DNA of 35,494 nt. It comes from Candidatus Doudnabacteria bacterium. GTDB lineage: Bacteria > Patescibacteriota > Doudnabacteria > UBA920 > O2-02-FULL-48-8. Made by a program: the position numbers and the translations under genes. Every line of letters begins with the position of its first letter. The first letter of the stretch is position 1. Location: contig JACQJI010000024.1 in NCBI GenBank assembly GCA_016198045.1, forward strand, positions 1 to 35,494, given 5' to 3'. Of this stretch, positions 8,134 through 15,580 are shown one piece after another. The notes beneath the pieces were generated by a model that was given only the letters and a program-made list of their open reading frames with translations, searched no databases and was not told the DNA's origin.

Positions 8134-8381
8134 AATTACCCAAAGTTAAACTTAATCTAATTCTCACCGCGGCTCTCGCGACAGTTCTACTGGTTGAGCT
8201 ATATTTGGGTTATATTTATATTTTCCGGAATTTGACTTCTGAGTCAGAAGAAGTAGCACCCCGAAACGTGGTTCGGGTCAATCTCGAGCGCTACCAGGAA
8301 ACAGTTCAGTTTCTTACCAGCCAAGAAAATTATAGCGCCGGTCCGGTTAACCTCAAACGGCCCAATCCTTTCAGACCATGA
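8130..8381 (+). CDS. Small single-pass membrane protein ending the pilus operon
   Basis: 83 aa with one TM segment. ATGA overlaps with both pilO (8130-8133) and purA (8378-8381). Confidence 0.6.
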   Translation: MKLPKVKLNLILTAALATVLLVELYLGYIYIFRNLTSESEEVAPRNVVRVNLERYQETVQFLTSQENYSAGPVNLKRPNPFRP

Positions 8382-9802
8382 ACATTCTTGAAAACTTTAG
8401 ACATTGGGTGATCGTTGGGGGGCAATGGGGGGACGAGGCCAAAGGCAAAATTACCGACCTGCTCGCCCCCTTTTTTGATTATGTCGTGCGCTACGCTGGT
8501 GGTTCCAACGCAGGACACACGACCCATGTGCCTGAGGGCAAAATCGTGGGACACCTGATTCCAAGCGGCCTGGCACAGGGCAAAACCTGTGTCGTTGGCC
8601 GCGGCGTATTTTTTGACTTCGACGCATTTCTTAAGGAATTCTCAGACGTGGAAAAAATTTTGGGAAAAAATTTGCCGTCAATTTGGATTGACGAAGCTTG
8701 CACGGTTCGCACGCCCTGGCATAGTTATCTGGAAACTTGGTTTGAAAAGACCCGGGGCAGCCGCTGGGGCAACACTACGCAGAAGGCGATCAGTCCGATG
8801 GCCAGCATTCGGGCGGCCCGGCTGGATATAAAAATTGCCGACTTGCTGGGCGATAAGCACAGCCTTATGGTCAAGCTTGGGATCCTGCAAGAAGTATTCA
8901 AGCCAATTTTCGAAACCATGCGCCAAAGCGGTGTCATTGTTAATATTGCAAGCCCTGATGAAGTCGGGTCTTATCTTATCGGCCAGGCTGAACAAATCAG
9001 AAAAAAGGTTAGGGATACGCGCCGGTTGCTTTTGGCGGCTTCAAAGCAAGGTCAGCGAATTTTATTTGAAGGCGCGCAGGCAGCGTTGCTGGATGCCAAT
9101 TGGGGAACCTGGCCTTATACTTCGTCGCCCAGCTCAACAGCAGGAGGCGTGTTTGCCGAAACCGGTTTGCCGCCGGGACCTTTGGGTGTGGGTATGGTGG
9201 TCAAAATTTTGCCGACCCGGGTAGGCGCAGGCCCCATGCCAACCGAAATCTGGGACAGAGTCGAGGCTGAGCAATTTTCCAAACAGCGCCCCGAGTTGTT
9301 TGAACAAGGACCAAGCCGAGACAACTTTTTATCCCAATACTTAGCTAATATCAACGCTCAAACAGCCACGGAAGCCGAAATTTCTCAATACTTTCAAGTC
9401 TTGGGAGACGAACGAGGTTCGACCACCGGACGAGGCAGAAGCGTCGGCTACATAGACATTCCTGCTATTCAATATGCCGCAGAGATTAACGGTCCGCAAT
9501 TTCTGGCTCTGACCAAGCTGGATATGCTCTCAGGGCTTAATTCGATCAAAGTTGCCGTAGCTTACCGCTATCAAGGGCAAATACTGGAAGCTGGAGCTTT
9601 GCCGCCGGCCAATCACCTGCACGAAGTTCGATCGATATACGAAGAATGGCCCTGTTGGCAGGAAGATATCCGCGATTGCCGCAATTTTGTGGATTTGCCG
9701 CCAAAGGCCCAGAATCTGGTCGTGAAGTTTGAAGAACTAATCAAGGTCCCGATTCGGCTGATCAGTGTTAAGCCTACTCGCGAAGCCGTGATTGTTCGTT
9801 GA
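8378..9802 (+). CDS. purA: Adenylosuccinate synthetase
   Basis: GGQWGDEAKGK P-loop, GGSNAGHT, HLIPSG and TTGRGRS motifs. Carries a ~40-aa insertion relative to the E. coli enzyme. Confidence 0.92.
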   Translation: MNILENFRHWVIVGGQWGDEAKGKITDLLAPFFDYVVRYAGGSNAGHTTHVPEGKIVGHLIPSGLAQGKTCVVGRGVFFDFDAFLKEFSDVEKILGKNLPSIWIDEACTVRTPWHSYLETWFEKTRGSRWGNTTQKAISPMASIRAARLDIKIADLLGDKHSLMVKLGILQEVFKPIFETMRQSGVIVNIASPDEVGSYLIGQAEQIRKKVRDTRRLLLAASKQGQRILFEGAQAALLDANWGTWPYTSSPSSTAGGVFAETGLPPGPLGVGMVVKILPTRVGAGPMPTEIWDRVEAEQFSKQRPELFEQGPSRDNFLSQYLANINAQTATEAEISQYFQVLGDERGSTTGRGRSVGYIDIPAIQYAAEINGPQFLALTKLDMLSGLNSIKVAVAYRYQGQILEAGALPPANHLHEVRSIYEEWPCWQEDIRDCRNFVDLPPKAQNLVVKFEELIKVPIRLISVKPTREAVIVR

Positions 9803-9852
9803 GGTTGCCTAAACCGATTAATTAAGTTAAAATCGTTTCATACTCTAAACTT

Positions 9853-11325
9853 ATGCCATTCAATATCCCAGAAGGATTCACATTCGATGATGTGCTGCTG
9901 CGTCCGGCCAAAAGCAAATACCATCCGGCGGAAGTGGATACCGCAACCGTGCTGACGCGCAATGGGATTAAGTTGGGCGTTCCTTTGGTCTCGGCAGCCA
10001 TGGACAAAGTCAGTGAGTCAACTTTTGCCGTGGCGATCGCGCAGCTGGGCGGAATCGGGATCATTCATATGAATATGACTATGGAGCGGCAAGCCGAAGA
10101 AGTCGATCGGGTCAAGCGCAGCGAATCCGGCATGATTTTTGATCCAGTGACCATTACGCCGGAACGGCCAATTTTTGAGGTGCAGAGGCTCATGGAGAAA
10201 TTCCGCATTGCCGGAGTGCCGGTGATCAATAACAACAAAGACCGCAAATTGGTGGGTATTATCACCAACCGCGATTTGCGCTTTGAGACCCGGCTGAATC
10301 TGAAAGTCTCTGAGCTCATGACCAGCAAGAATTTAATCACCACCAAAGTCGGGACCACGCTTAAGGATGCCCAAAGAATGTTCCGCCAGCATAAGATTGA
10401 AAAACTGCCCGTGGTTGATAAGCGCGGCAAGCTCAAGGGTTTGATAACGGTCAAAGACGTGCGCAAGGCTATTGCTTTCCCTCACGCGACCAAGGACAAC
10501 CGCGGCCGGCTGCGCGTGGGAGCTGGTATCGGCGCCACCGGCGATTACCTGGATCGGGCGGCTGCCTTGATCGACAGCGGGGTTGACGTGCTGGTGGTTG
10601 ATACCGCGCACGGGCATTCAACCAAAGTCTTGGGCGCGGTCCGCAAACTCAAGTCTCGATTTCCTCATATTGATGTTATCGGAGGCAATGTTTCCACCAA
10701 GGAAGGCACTCGTGATTTGATTCGAGCCGGGGCCGATGCCGTGAAAGTCGGACAAGGCCCAGGCTCAACCTGCATCACCCGGCCAGTGACTGGCAATGGG
10801 ACGCCTCAGATTAGCGCGATTATGGAATGCTTCGAAGCTGCTGCCAAAAGTAATGTACCGCTGATTGCCGACGGTGGCATCCGATTTTCCGGCGATATCG
10901 TCAAAGCCATTGCGGCTGGCGCAAGCTCGGTGATGCTCGGCATGATTTTTGCCGGCACTGATGAGGCTCCGGGAGAGGTTATTTTGTACCAAGGCCGGTC
11001 GTATAAGAAGTTTCGGGGCATGGGCTCGGTGGGAGCCATGAAAGAAGGCTCGGCCCTCCGTTACAACCAGCAAGGCCAGCCGGTTGCCAAACTGGTTCCC
11101 GAAGGAATCGAAGGCAGGGTGGCTTCCCGCGGCCCGCTGGCCGGAATCGTTCATCAGCTGATCGGGGGACTGCGGGCCGGCATGGGCATGCAGGGCGCAG
11201 GCACCATCAAGCAGCTGCAAGGCCAATCCAAGCGGTTTGTGCGCGTCACTAACGCGGGGCAAAGGGAAAGCCACGTGCACGATGTGATCATCACTGAAGA
11301 GGCGCCTAACTACAGCCAATCATAA
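9853..11325 (+). CDS. guaB: IMP dehydrogenase
   Basis: FDDVLLRP, a CBS pair, catalytic loop [11 protein letters not shown], and the [12 protein letters not shown] motif. Confidence 0.95.
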   Translation: MPFNIPEGFTFDDVLLRPAKSKYHPAEVDTATVLTRNGIKLGVPLVSAAMDKVSESTFAVAIAQLGGIGIIHMNMTMERQAEEVDRVKRSESGMIFDPVTITPERPIFEVQRLMEKFRIAGVPVINNNKDRKLVGIITNRDLRFETRLNLKVSELMTSKNLITTKVGTTLKDAQRMFRQHKIEKLPVVDKRGKLKGLITVKDVRKAIAFPHATKDNRGRLRVGAGIGATGDYLDRAAALIDSGVDVLVVDTAHGHSTKVLGAVRKLKSRFPHIDVIGGNVSTKEGTRDLIRAGADAVKVGQGPGSTCITRPVTGNGTPQISAIMECFEAAAKSNVPLIADGGIRFSGDIVKAIAAGASSVMLGMIFAGTDEAPGEVILYQGRSYKKFRGMGSVGAMKEGSALRYNQQGQPVAKLVPEGIEGRVASRGPLAGIVHQLIGGLRAGMGMQGAGTIKQLQGQSKRFVRVTNAGQRESHVHDVIITEEAPNYSQS

Positions 11326-11335
11326 ATTAGAGAAT

Positions 11336-11361
11336 AAAAAAACCGCTCACGCGGTTTTTTT
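11336..11361. terminator. Rho-independent terminator after guaB
   Basis: AAAAAAACCGC-TCAC-GCGGTTTTTTT: an A-run and a T-run flank a 5-bp GC stem. Confidence 0.75.
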
Positions 11362-11464
11362 GATATTGCTGCGCCTGCTCGCATTCGTTGAGCGCTCGAC
11401 TGCGTCTGGTGACTTGTCTCGCTTCAACCCGTTCAAATCGAGTAGGGGGCTTTGCTTTTTTCTT

Positions 11465-11541
11465 TGGTGCGCCCAGTAGGATTTGAACCTACGACAGACC
11501 GCTTAAGAGGCGGTTGCTCTACCAGGCTGAGCTATGGGCGC
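11465..11541 (-). tRNA. tRNA-Lys (anticodon CTT), CCA encoded
   Basis: Cloverleaf by eye: acceptor GCGCCCA/TGGGCGC, D stem GCTC/GAGC, anticodon stem ACCGC/GCGGT with loop CTCTTAA, T arm GTAGG-TTCAAAT-CCTAC. Confidence 0.93.
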
Positions 11542-11637
11542 TCGTTGAGCTTAAGTAATCTTAGCGATTTTTTCGCGGCTTTTCAAGAGGGCTTGGAAGT
11601 GCTATTCTGAGGCAGAACCTGTTTCCAAGGAGGAAAC

Positions 11638-11748
11638 ATGCAGGTAGTTTTCATCGTCGCCGGGGCGGTTGGACTCGTGGCCGCAGTGGCCATGTTTATC
11701 AAGGGCTTCGGGCGTTCGAAGCCACCTTCATTGATCGACCGAGGCTGA
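11638..11748 (+). CDS. Unannotated 36-aa hydrophobic peptide (MQVVFIVAGAVGLVAAVAMFIKGFGRSKPPSLIDRG)
   Basis: Strong SD AAGGAGG 4 nt before the ATG. One TM segment plus a basic tail. GC-rich relative to flanks. Weak hairpin plus T9 run downstream. Below the ORF-track length cutoff. Confidence 0.5.
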   Translation: MQVVFIVAGAVGLVAAVAMFIKGFGRSKPPSLIDRG

Positions 11749-11801
11749 CGCGTCGTACGGGTTCAGTGGGAGGTCCTGATCTCCGTTCTTTTTTTTTGCG
11801 A

Positions 11802-12098
11802 TCAGGGCTCTATAGTTTTCAAAAGTTGAACCAAATCATCCAATGTTCCCAGCTTATTTTTTCTTTCAAGCTTGCACTTTTGGCACTTGTGAATCACTGC
11901 AAATTGCTGGCTTTTTGATTCTATAGCAACCGGCTTCATCAGTCCGCGGCAAGCGTTTTGCCGATCCCCGGGGTGGACGTCCACGTGCTTGCTCCAGAAA
12001 CACTGCGGGCAGTGGTTGGTGTAGCCGTCCCCGGAAACAAAAAAACCGCAATGGCCGCAGGTAAAATCTTCAATTGTTCGCGTGAATTTTTTAGTCAT
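11802..12098 (-). CDS. RNHCP domain protein (zinc-ribbon-like)
   Basis: CGHCGF...TNHCPQCFWSKH...CQKC motifs. Start set at MTKKFTRTIEDF (12098), since the longer ORF runs into a hairpin region. Confidence 0.75.
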   Translation of the reverse strand: MTKKFTRTIEDFTCGHCGFFVSGDGYTNHCPQCFWSKHVDVHPGDRQNACRGLMKPVAIESKSQQFAVIHKCQKCKLERKNKLGTLDDLVQLLKTIEP

Positions 12099-12124
12099 TT
12101 TTCTGGCGTCTCCGGAGGGATTCT

Positions 12125-12151
12125 CCGCCTTCGTGCTTCGCACTTCGGCGG
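12125..12151. other. Bipartite GC hairpin CCGCC-TTC-GTGC-TTC-GCAC-TTC-GGCGG
   Basis: Read directly from the sequence. Lies between tRNA-Arg(TCG) and the RNHCP gene. Confidence 0.5.
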
Positions 12152-12198
12152 ATGTGCTCTATTTTTATAACTGTGGCACAGAACCCCCGAAGGGTTTA

Positions 12199-12273
12199 TG
12201 GCGCGTCTGGAGGGAATCGAACCCCCATCACTGGTTCCGAAGACCAGTGCTCTATCCGTTGAGCTACAGACGC
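12199..12273 (-). tRNA. tRNA-Arg (anticodon TCG), CCA encoded
   Basis: Acceptor GCGTCTG/CAGACGC, D stem GCTC/GAGC, anticodon stem CTGGT/ACCAG with loop CTTCGGA, T arm GGGGG-TTCGATT-CCCTC. Confidence 0.93.
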
Positions 12274-12278
12274 ATAAA

Positions 12279-12328
12279 CGGTTCCGACCTGTCCGCCGTA
12301 GCTCGTAAGAGCGAAGGCGGGAGACCGT
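12279..12328. other. Bipartite GC hairpin ACGGT..CCGCC-GTA-GCTC-GTAA-GAGC-GAA-GGCGG..ACCGT
   Basis: Same architecture as 12125-12151, with a GNRA-type GTAA loop. Lies between the Nudix gene and tRNA-Arg and may act as the Nudix terminator. Confidence 0.5.
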
Positions 12329-12368
12329 TGTGATATCCGTTTCACCATGGAGACCAGGATTGAGTATA

Positions 12369-12779
12369 TCAACTGAAGAGATTTTTGTCTAAGAGTTCCT
12401 TGAAGTAAATATCCAGTTCTTCTTCTGACATGGCCCGAAGCTCATCCCAAGCAAACCATTTGTATTCTGAATGGTCAGTATCGATTTTTGGTTCACCCTC
12501 GATTGTGCCAGTATAGGTTAACCGGACCACGTGTTTGCCAGGCACTCGGAGAATATCTTGCGCTGCCACGAGTTTGATTTCGTCAACCAAATCAAGCCCA
12601 ACTTCTTCTTTGACTTCACGTTTAAGATTGTCCAGAAGCAGGCTTCCCGGATCAATCCGTCCGCCCACAATATCCCACTTGGGACCAACTTCCGGATACT
12701 TGAGAGGGTTGCGGCGGACAAGCAAATATTTGCCGTTTTTATTCTTTAGTAAGACTTTTACCCCAACTTGAAGTTCCAT
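12369..12779 (-). CDS. Nudix hydrolase
   Basis: Nudix box GGRIDPGSLLLDNLKREVKEEVGL. Confidence 0.9.
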   Translation of the reverse strand: MELQVGVKVLLKNKNGKYLLVRRNPLKYPEVGPKWDIVGGRIDPGSLLLDNLKREVKEEVGLDLVDEIKLVAAQDILRVPGKHVVRLTYTGTIEGEPKIDTDHSEYKWFAWDELRAMSEEELDIYFKELLDKNLFS

Positions 12780-12804
12780 AAGCTTTAGTCTATATTAAAG
12801 TCAA

Positions 12805-13020
12805 ATGATAGGCAAAGACGACAGAATATTGGGAGTTGAGCAGTTAGCCAAGTTTTTTGGGGTCACTGACCAGACTATTTGGCGCTGGTGCAAAGCGGGC
12901 AAAATCCCGGCTTTTAAGATTGGCGCCCAATGGAAAATCCGCCAATCTGACCTAAACAAGATTATTAATCAAAAACTAACCAAACGTGAGCAAGACAAAC
13001 ACCTCCAGCCGCTCTTCTAA
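12805..13020 (+). CDS. Excisionase-family helix-turn-helix DNA-binding protein
   Basis: LGVEQLAKFFGVTDQTIWRWCKAGKIPAFKIGAQWKI matches the HTH_17/excisionase pattern. Confidence 0.8.
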   Translation: MIGKDDRILGVEQLAKFFGVTDQTIWRWCKAGKIPAFKIGAQWKIRQSDLNKIINQKLTKREQDKHLQPLF

Positions 13021-14035
13021 TATTTTTTTATTTTGGGGCGAGGACGACTTCAGCATCAAAAGAAAAGTAAATTTTTGGAAGCAGGAGTTTGCCAAAAAAT
13101 ATCCGCAAAGTTCGGCCTTGCTGCTCGATGGCGAAGCAATTGCGCCAGCCGAACTGAGTAAAAAATTAGAAGAAGCTCTGACTCCTTCGCTGTTTTCTGA
13201 AAAGAAGCTGATTATCTGCCGCAATTGCTTCCCGACCAAGGCTTCCGATCAAGACCTGGCCGAAAGCATCATTAAGATTATCAGCGCCTTGCCTCCAGAT
13301 TATTTTTTGGTTTTTGAACAAACCAAAAAGCCTGATCGGCGTCTGGCTTCTATAAAAAAGATATTGAGCCAACCCATGGAGATTGTCTGCTTCAGCCTCC
13401 CTCATGGAAGGAAGCTTGATGCTTGGATAGCCCAGGAATTGAAAATGAACGACGCCAGAATTGAAGGAGAAGCCTTGGAGTTGCTGGCAAAATATCTCGG
13501 TCGGGATTTGTTTGAAGAGAAAAAGGCCGGCGGAAAAGTCATAGAAGTTAAAGAAGCCTTTAATTTGTGGCAAGTGCATAACGAGCTTGAGAAGCTAATC
13601 AGCCGGACAACAGAGATTAAAACAGAAGATGTCCAAGCCCTAATCAAACCAAAAGTGCCGGAAAACATCTTTGCGCTGTCCGACCAGATCATCGCCGGAA
13701 ATAAAAAACAAGCCCTGCAAACAATGGAATATTTGTTGGTGGCGGGCAGCAGTGACGAGAAGTCCGAAACCATCCGGATTGTGGGACTGTTAGCCGAGCA
13801 GTTTCGAAGCCTGGTGACTGTCAGCAGTTTTTCCAAACATCAAAACCAGCAGGAAATAGCGTCTTTGCTCGGCTGGAGTCCAGGCCGGGTATTTATCAAT
13901 CTCAAGCTTGCCAATAATATCAGTTTTGAAAAACTCAAGCAGTATTTGGGCAGGCTGCTCACAATCGATCAAAAACTTAAAAGTAGCGACACTAATCCCA
14001 AACTTTTGCTCAGCATGTTTATTCAGGAGAGCTGA
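12986..14035 (+). CDS. holA: DNA polymerase III delta subunit
   Basis: 349 aa with N-terminal IFLFWGEDDF and overall delta-subunit layout. GTG start overlaps the HTH gene, so start choice is uncertain. Confidence 0.8.
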   Translation: MSKTNTSSRSSNIFLFWGEDDFSIKRKVNFWKQEFAKKYPQSSALLLDGEAIAPAELSKKLEEALTPSLFSEKKLIICRNCFPTKASDQDLAESIIKIISALPPDYFLVFEQTKKPDRRLASIKKILSQPMEIVCFSLPHGRKLDAWIAQELKMNDARIEGEALELLAKYLGRDLFEEKKAGGKVIEVKEAFNLWQVHNELEKLISRTTEIKTEDVQALIKPKVPENIFALSDQIIAGNKKQALQTMEYLLVAGSSDEKSETIRIVGLLAEQFRSLVTVSSFSKHQNQQEIASLLGWSPGRVFINLKLANNISFEKLKQYLGRLLTIDQKLKSSDTNPKLLLSMFIQES

Positions 14036-14049
14036 AAAATCTAAAAGAA

Positions 14050-14068
14050 AACCCCCTGCTAGGGGGTT
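14050..14068. terminator. Bidirectional hairpin AACCCCCT-GCT-AGGGGGTT between convergent holA and the KGG gene
   Basis: 6-bp GC stem. It overlaps the stop codon of the minus-strand KGG ORF. Confidence 0.6.
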
Positions 14069-14228
14069 ATTCTTCGTCCTCGCGGGAGGCCGAACCGCCT
14101 TTTCGCCCTGCTTTTCTGGCTTTGGCTCGGTCATTCGCAAAGTTTCCGGGATTATTATACTTACCTTGAGCTTTCCCGCCTTTCCGGCCTGCCCGCGCGT
14201 GCCCGTCCGAATCGCCATACCATGCCAT
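14067..14228 (-). CDS. Unannotated 53-aa KGG-repeat general stress protein (YciG/GsiB-like)
   Basis: My translation is MAWYGDSDGHARAGRKGGKAQGKYNNPGNFANDRAKARKAGRKGGSASREDEE. GNFANDRAKARKAGRKGG matches the stress-induced KGG repeat. SD GAAAGGAG lies upstream. The frame differs from the spurious 151-aa ORF 13790-14245. Confidence 0.75.
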   Translation of the reverse strand: MAWYGDSDGHARAGRKGGKAQGKYNNPGNFANDRAKARKAGRKGGSASREDEE

Positions 14229-14306
14229 AGGTTTGCTCCTTTCAAATTTAGCTTAGCCTAAGTTTATTATCGAAACAATTGTACAGAATGTTACACTATC
14301 CCTGTT

Positions 14307-15053
14307 TTAGTCTATAAATAATAGCAAGTACATAACCACAATCCCCAGGACGAAACTTACCAGGTGTGGCAGGAATCTTTCTTTCTGTTTATGGGTTTCG
14401 GGAATCAAGTCGGCTGTGGCAATGTAAATAAACGACCCGATACCGATACTGATTAATATATTGACGATATTTTCGCTGTTGGTTGCCAGCAGAGCGACAA
14501 TCACGCCCAAAACTGCGGCTAATCCGGAGAGAAAATTATAAAATAAGGCCTTAACTTTGCTTAAGCCCGCATAGATTAGCACGCCAAAATCTCCGAATTC
14601 TTGGGGGATTTCATGCAGGATCACAGCAAGAGTCGTGGCCAAACCTAAGCGGATATCCACAAGATAAGAGCCGGCGATGATCATGCCATCAATAAAGTTA
14701 TGGATGCCGTCGCCGATTAAGTTGGTGGTCACCAAATGCTGGCTTAGGTGCGTATCTTCTTCTCCTTCTGTGGGATGATGGTGCCAGTGGATGTATTTTT
14801 CTATGATATAAAAAACCACGATTGTGGCTAAAATGTACAGCGAGTTTTTGAGACCCAAACTTCCCTGTTTGGCAAGTTCCGGAAGCAAATGGATAAACAC
14901 GTCACCCAGCAGAGCGCCAGCAGCGAAACTGACCAATAATATGAGACTTTTGCGCGCCAGTTTGTTTTGGATGTTAATGACCAGCAGCCCAATGAATGCC
15001 ATGAGGCTGACTATCAAAGCCGAAATGATTGAGTATAATGCCACAGTCTGCAT
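14307..15053 (-). CDS. ZIP family divalent metal transporter (ZupT-like)
   Basis: Eight-TM layout, histidine-rich loop HWHHHPTEGEED, and the signature HEIPQEFGDF. Confidence 0.9.
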   Translation of the reverse strand: MQTVALYSIISALIVSLMAFIGLLVINIQNKLARKSLILLVSFAAGALLGDVFIHLLPELAKQGSLGLKNSLYILATIVVFYIIEKYIHWHHHPTEGEEDTHLSQHLVTTNLIGDGIHNFIDGMIIAGSYLVDIRLGLATTLAVILHEIPQEFGDFGVLIYAGLSKVKALFYNFLSGLAAVLGVIVALLATNSENIVNILISIGIGSFIYIATADLIPETHKQKERFLPHLVSFVLGIVVMYLLLFID

Positions 15054-15059
15054 AAGACT

Positions 15060-15068
15060 AGTATAACA
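15060..15068 (-). promoter_or_regulatory. Extended -10 TGTTATACT, 6 nt upstream of the ZIP ATG (leaderless candidate)
   Basis: The minus-strand reading of 15068-15060 is TGTTATACT. The ATG is at 15053. Confidence 0.4.
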
Positions 15069-15078
15069 TAGACTTTTA

Positions 15079-15087
15079 TGCTATAAT
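15079..15087 (+). promoter_or_regulatory. Extended -10 TGCTATAAT, 6 nt upstream of ATG 15094 (leaderless candidate)
   Basis: Divergent partner of the ZIP promoter. No SD. Confidence 0.4.
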
Positions 15088-15093
15088 ATATAT

Positions 15094-15516
15094 ATGAATA
15101 TGCGGCTGCCCAACAAGCTGGAGTTCAAATATATCAAGGATTTGCCAGTGAAAGTCACGGACTGGATCGGGTCCTCTTGGTCGTTGCTGCTCCATACTTT
15201 ATTTTTTGCCGCTATGTTTGCTCTATATCTCTGGGGCTATGATTTTGACACCGTCCTGCTGGTTCTGACTACGTTGGTTTCTTTGGAAGCGATTTATCTG
15301 GCAATTTTTATCCAAATGACTGTTAATCGCAACACCCAGAGCTTGGAAGAGGTGGAAGAGAATATCGATGAAATTCAAGAGGGTATCCAAGAAGACGACC
15401 AGCAAGATGTCCAAACCAAGCAAACATTGCAAACCATCGAGAATAGACTGCAAGATTTAATTAAGGACATTGAAGTCATCAAGAACCAACCAAAAAACGG
15501 ACACCCCAAACAATAA
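15094..15516 (+). CDS. DUF1003-like small membrane protein with an acidic coiled-coil tail
   Basis: Two TM segments. LVSLEAIYLAIFIQMTVNRN resembles the DUF1003 / low-affinity iron permease core. Family assignment is from memory only. Confidence 0.7.
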   Translation: MNMRLPNKLEFKYIKDLPVKVTDWIGSSWSLLLHTLFFAAMFALYLWGYDFDTVLLVLTTLVSLEAIYLAIFIQMTVNRNTQSLEEVEENIDEIQEGIQEDDQQDVQTKQTLQTIENRLQDLIKDIEVIKNQPKNGHPKQ

Positions 15517-15565
15517 CCGAAACCGGCCAGAAAGGCCATTTTTTTTCGCCAAAGATCCGCGATTA

Positions 15566-15574
15566 TGCTATATT
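15566..15574 (+). promoter_or_regulatory. Extended -10 TGCTATATT, 6 nt upstream of the folD ATG (leaderless candidate)
   Basis: TGnTATATT at 15566-15574, ATG at 15581, no SD. Confidence 0.4.
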
Positions 15575-15580
15575 ATTGGT

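Noticed and set aside
11363-11464. Possible degenerate tRNA or tRNA-like remnant (GCTC-N9-GAGC, ACCCG-TTCAAAT-CGAGT), plus a 9-nt repeat TCGTTGAGC on both sides of tRNA-Lys (about 11392 and 11542).
   Set aside because: No acceptor stem or anticodon arm can be formed. The 9-mer repeat could be chance. This is too weak to call.
12082-12333. ORFs overlapping tRNA genes: 12082-12333 over tRNA-Arg, 34696-34974 over tRNA-His, and the first 11 codons of 34382-34759.
   Set aside because: They read through complete tRNA cloverleaves. The downstream CDS start was moved to 34726.
13790-14261. The 151-aa minus ORF and the 117-aa plus ORF spanning the holA 3' end and spacer.
   Set aside because: Both overlap holA or the terminator and have no motifs. 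A third frame encodes a recognisable KGG stress peptide with an SD and a terminator.
15470-15580. The 37-aa N-terminal extension of FolD, and its overlap with the DUF1003-like gene.
   Set aside because: The canonical FolD N-terminus (MSKAIIVDGK) starts at 15581, directly after an extended -10 box. The extension is basic, low-complexity sequence.
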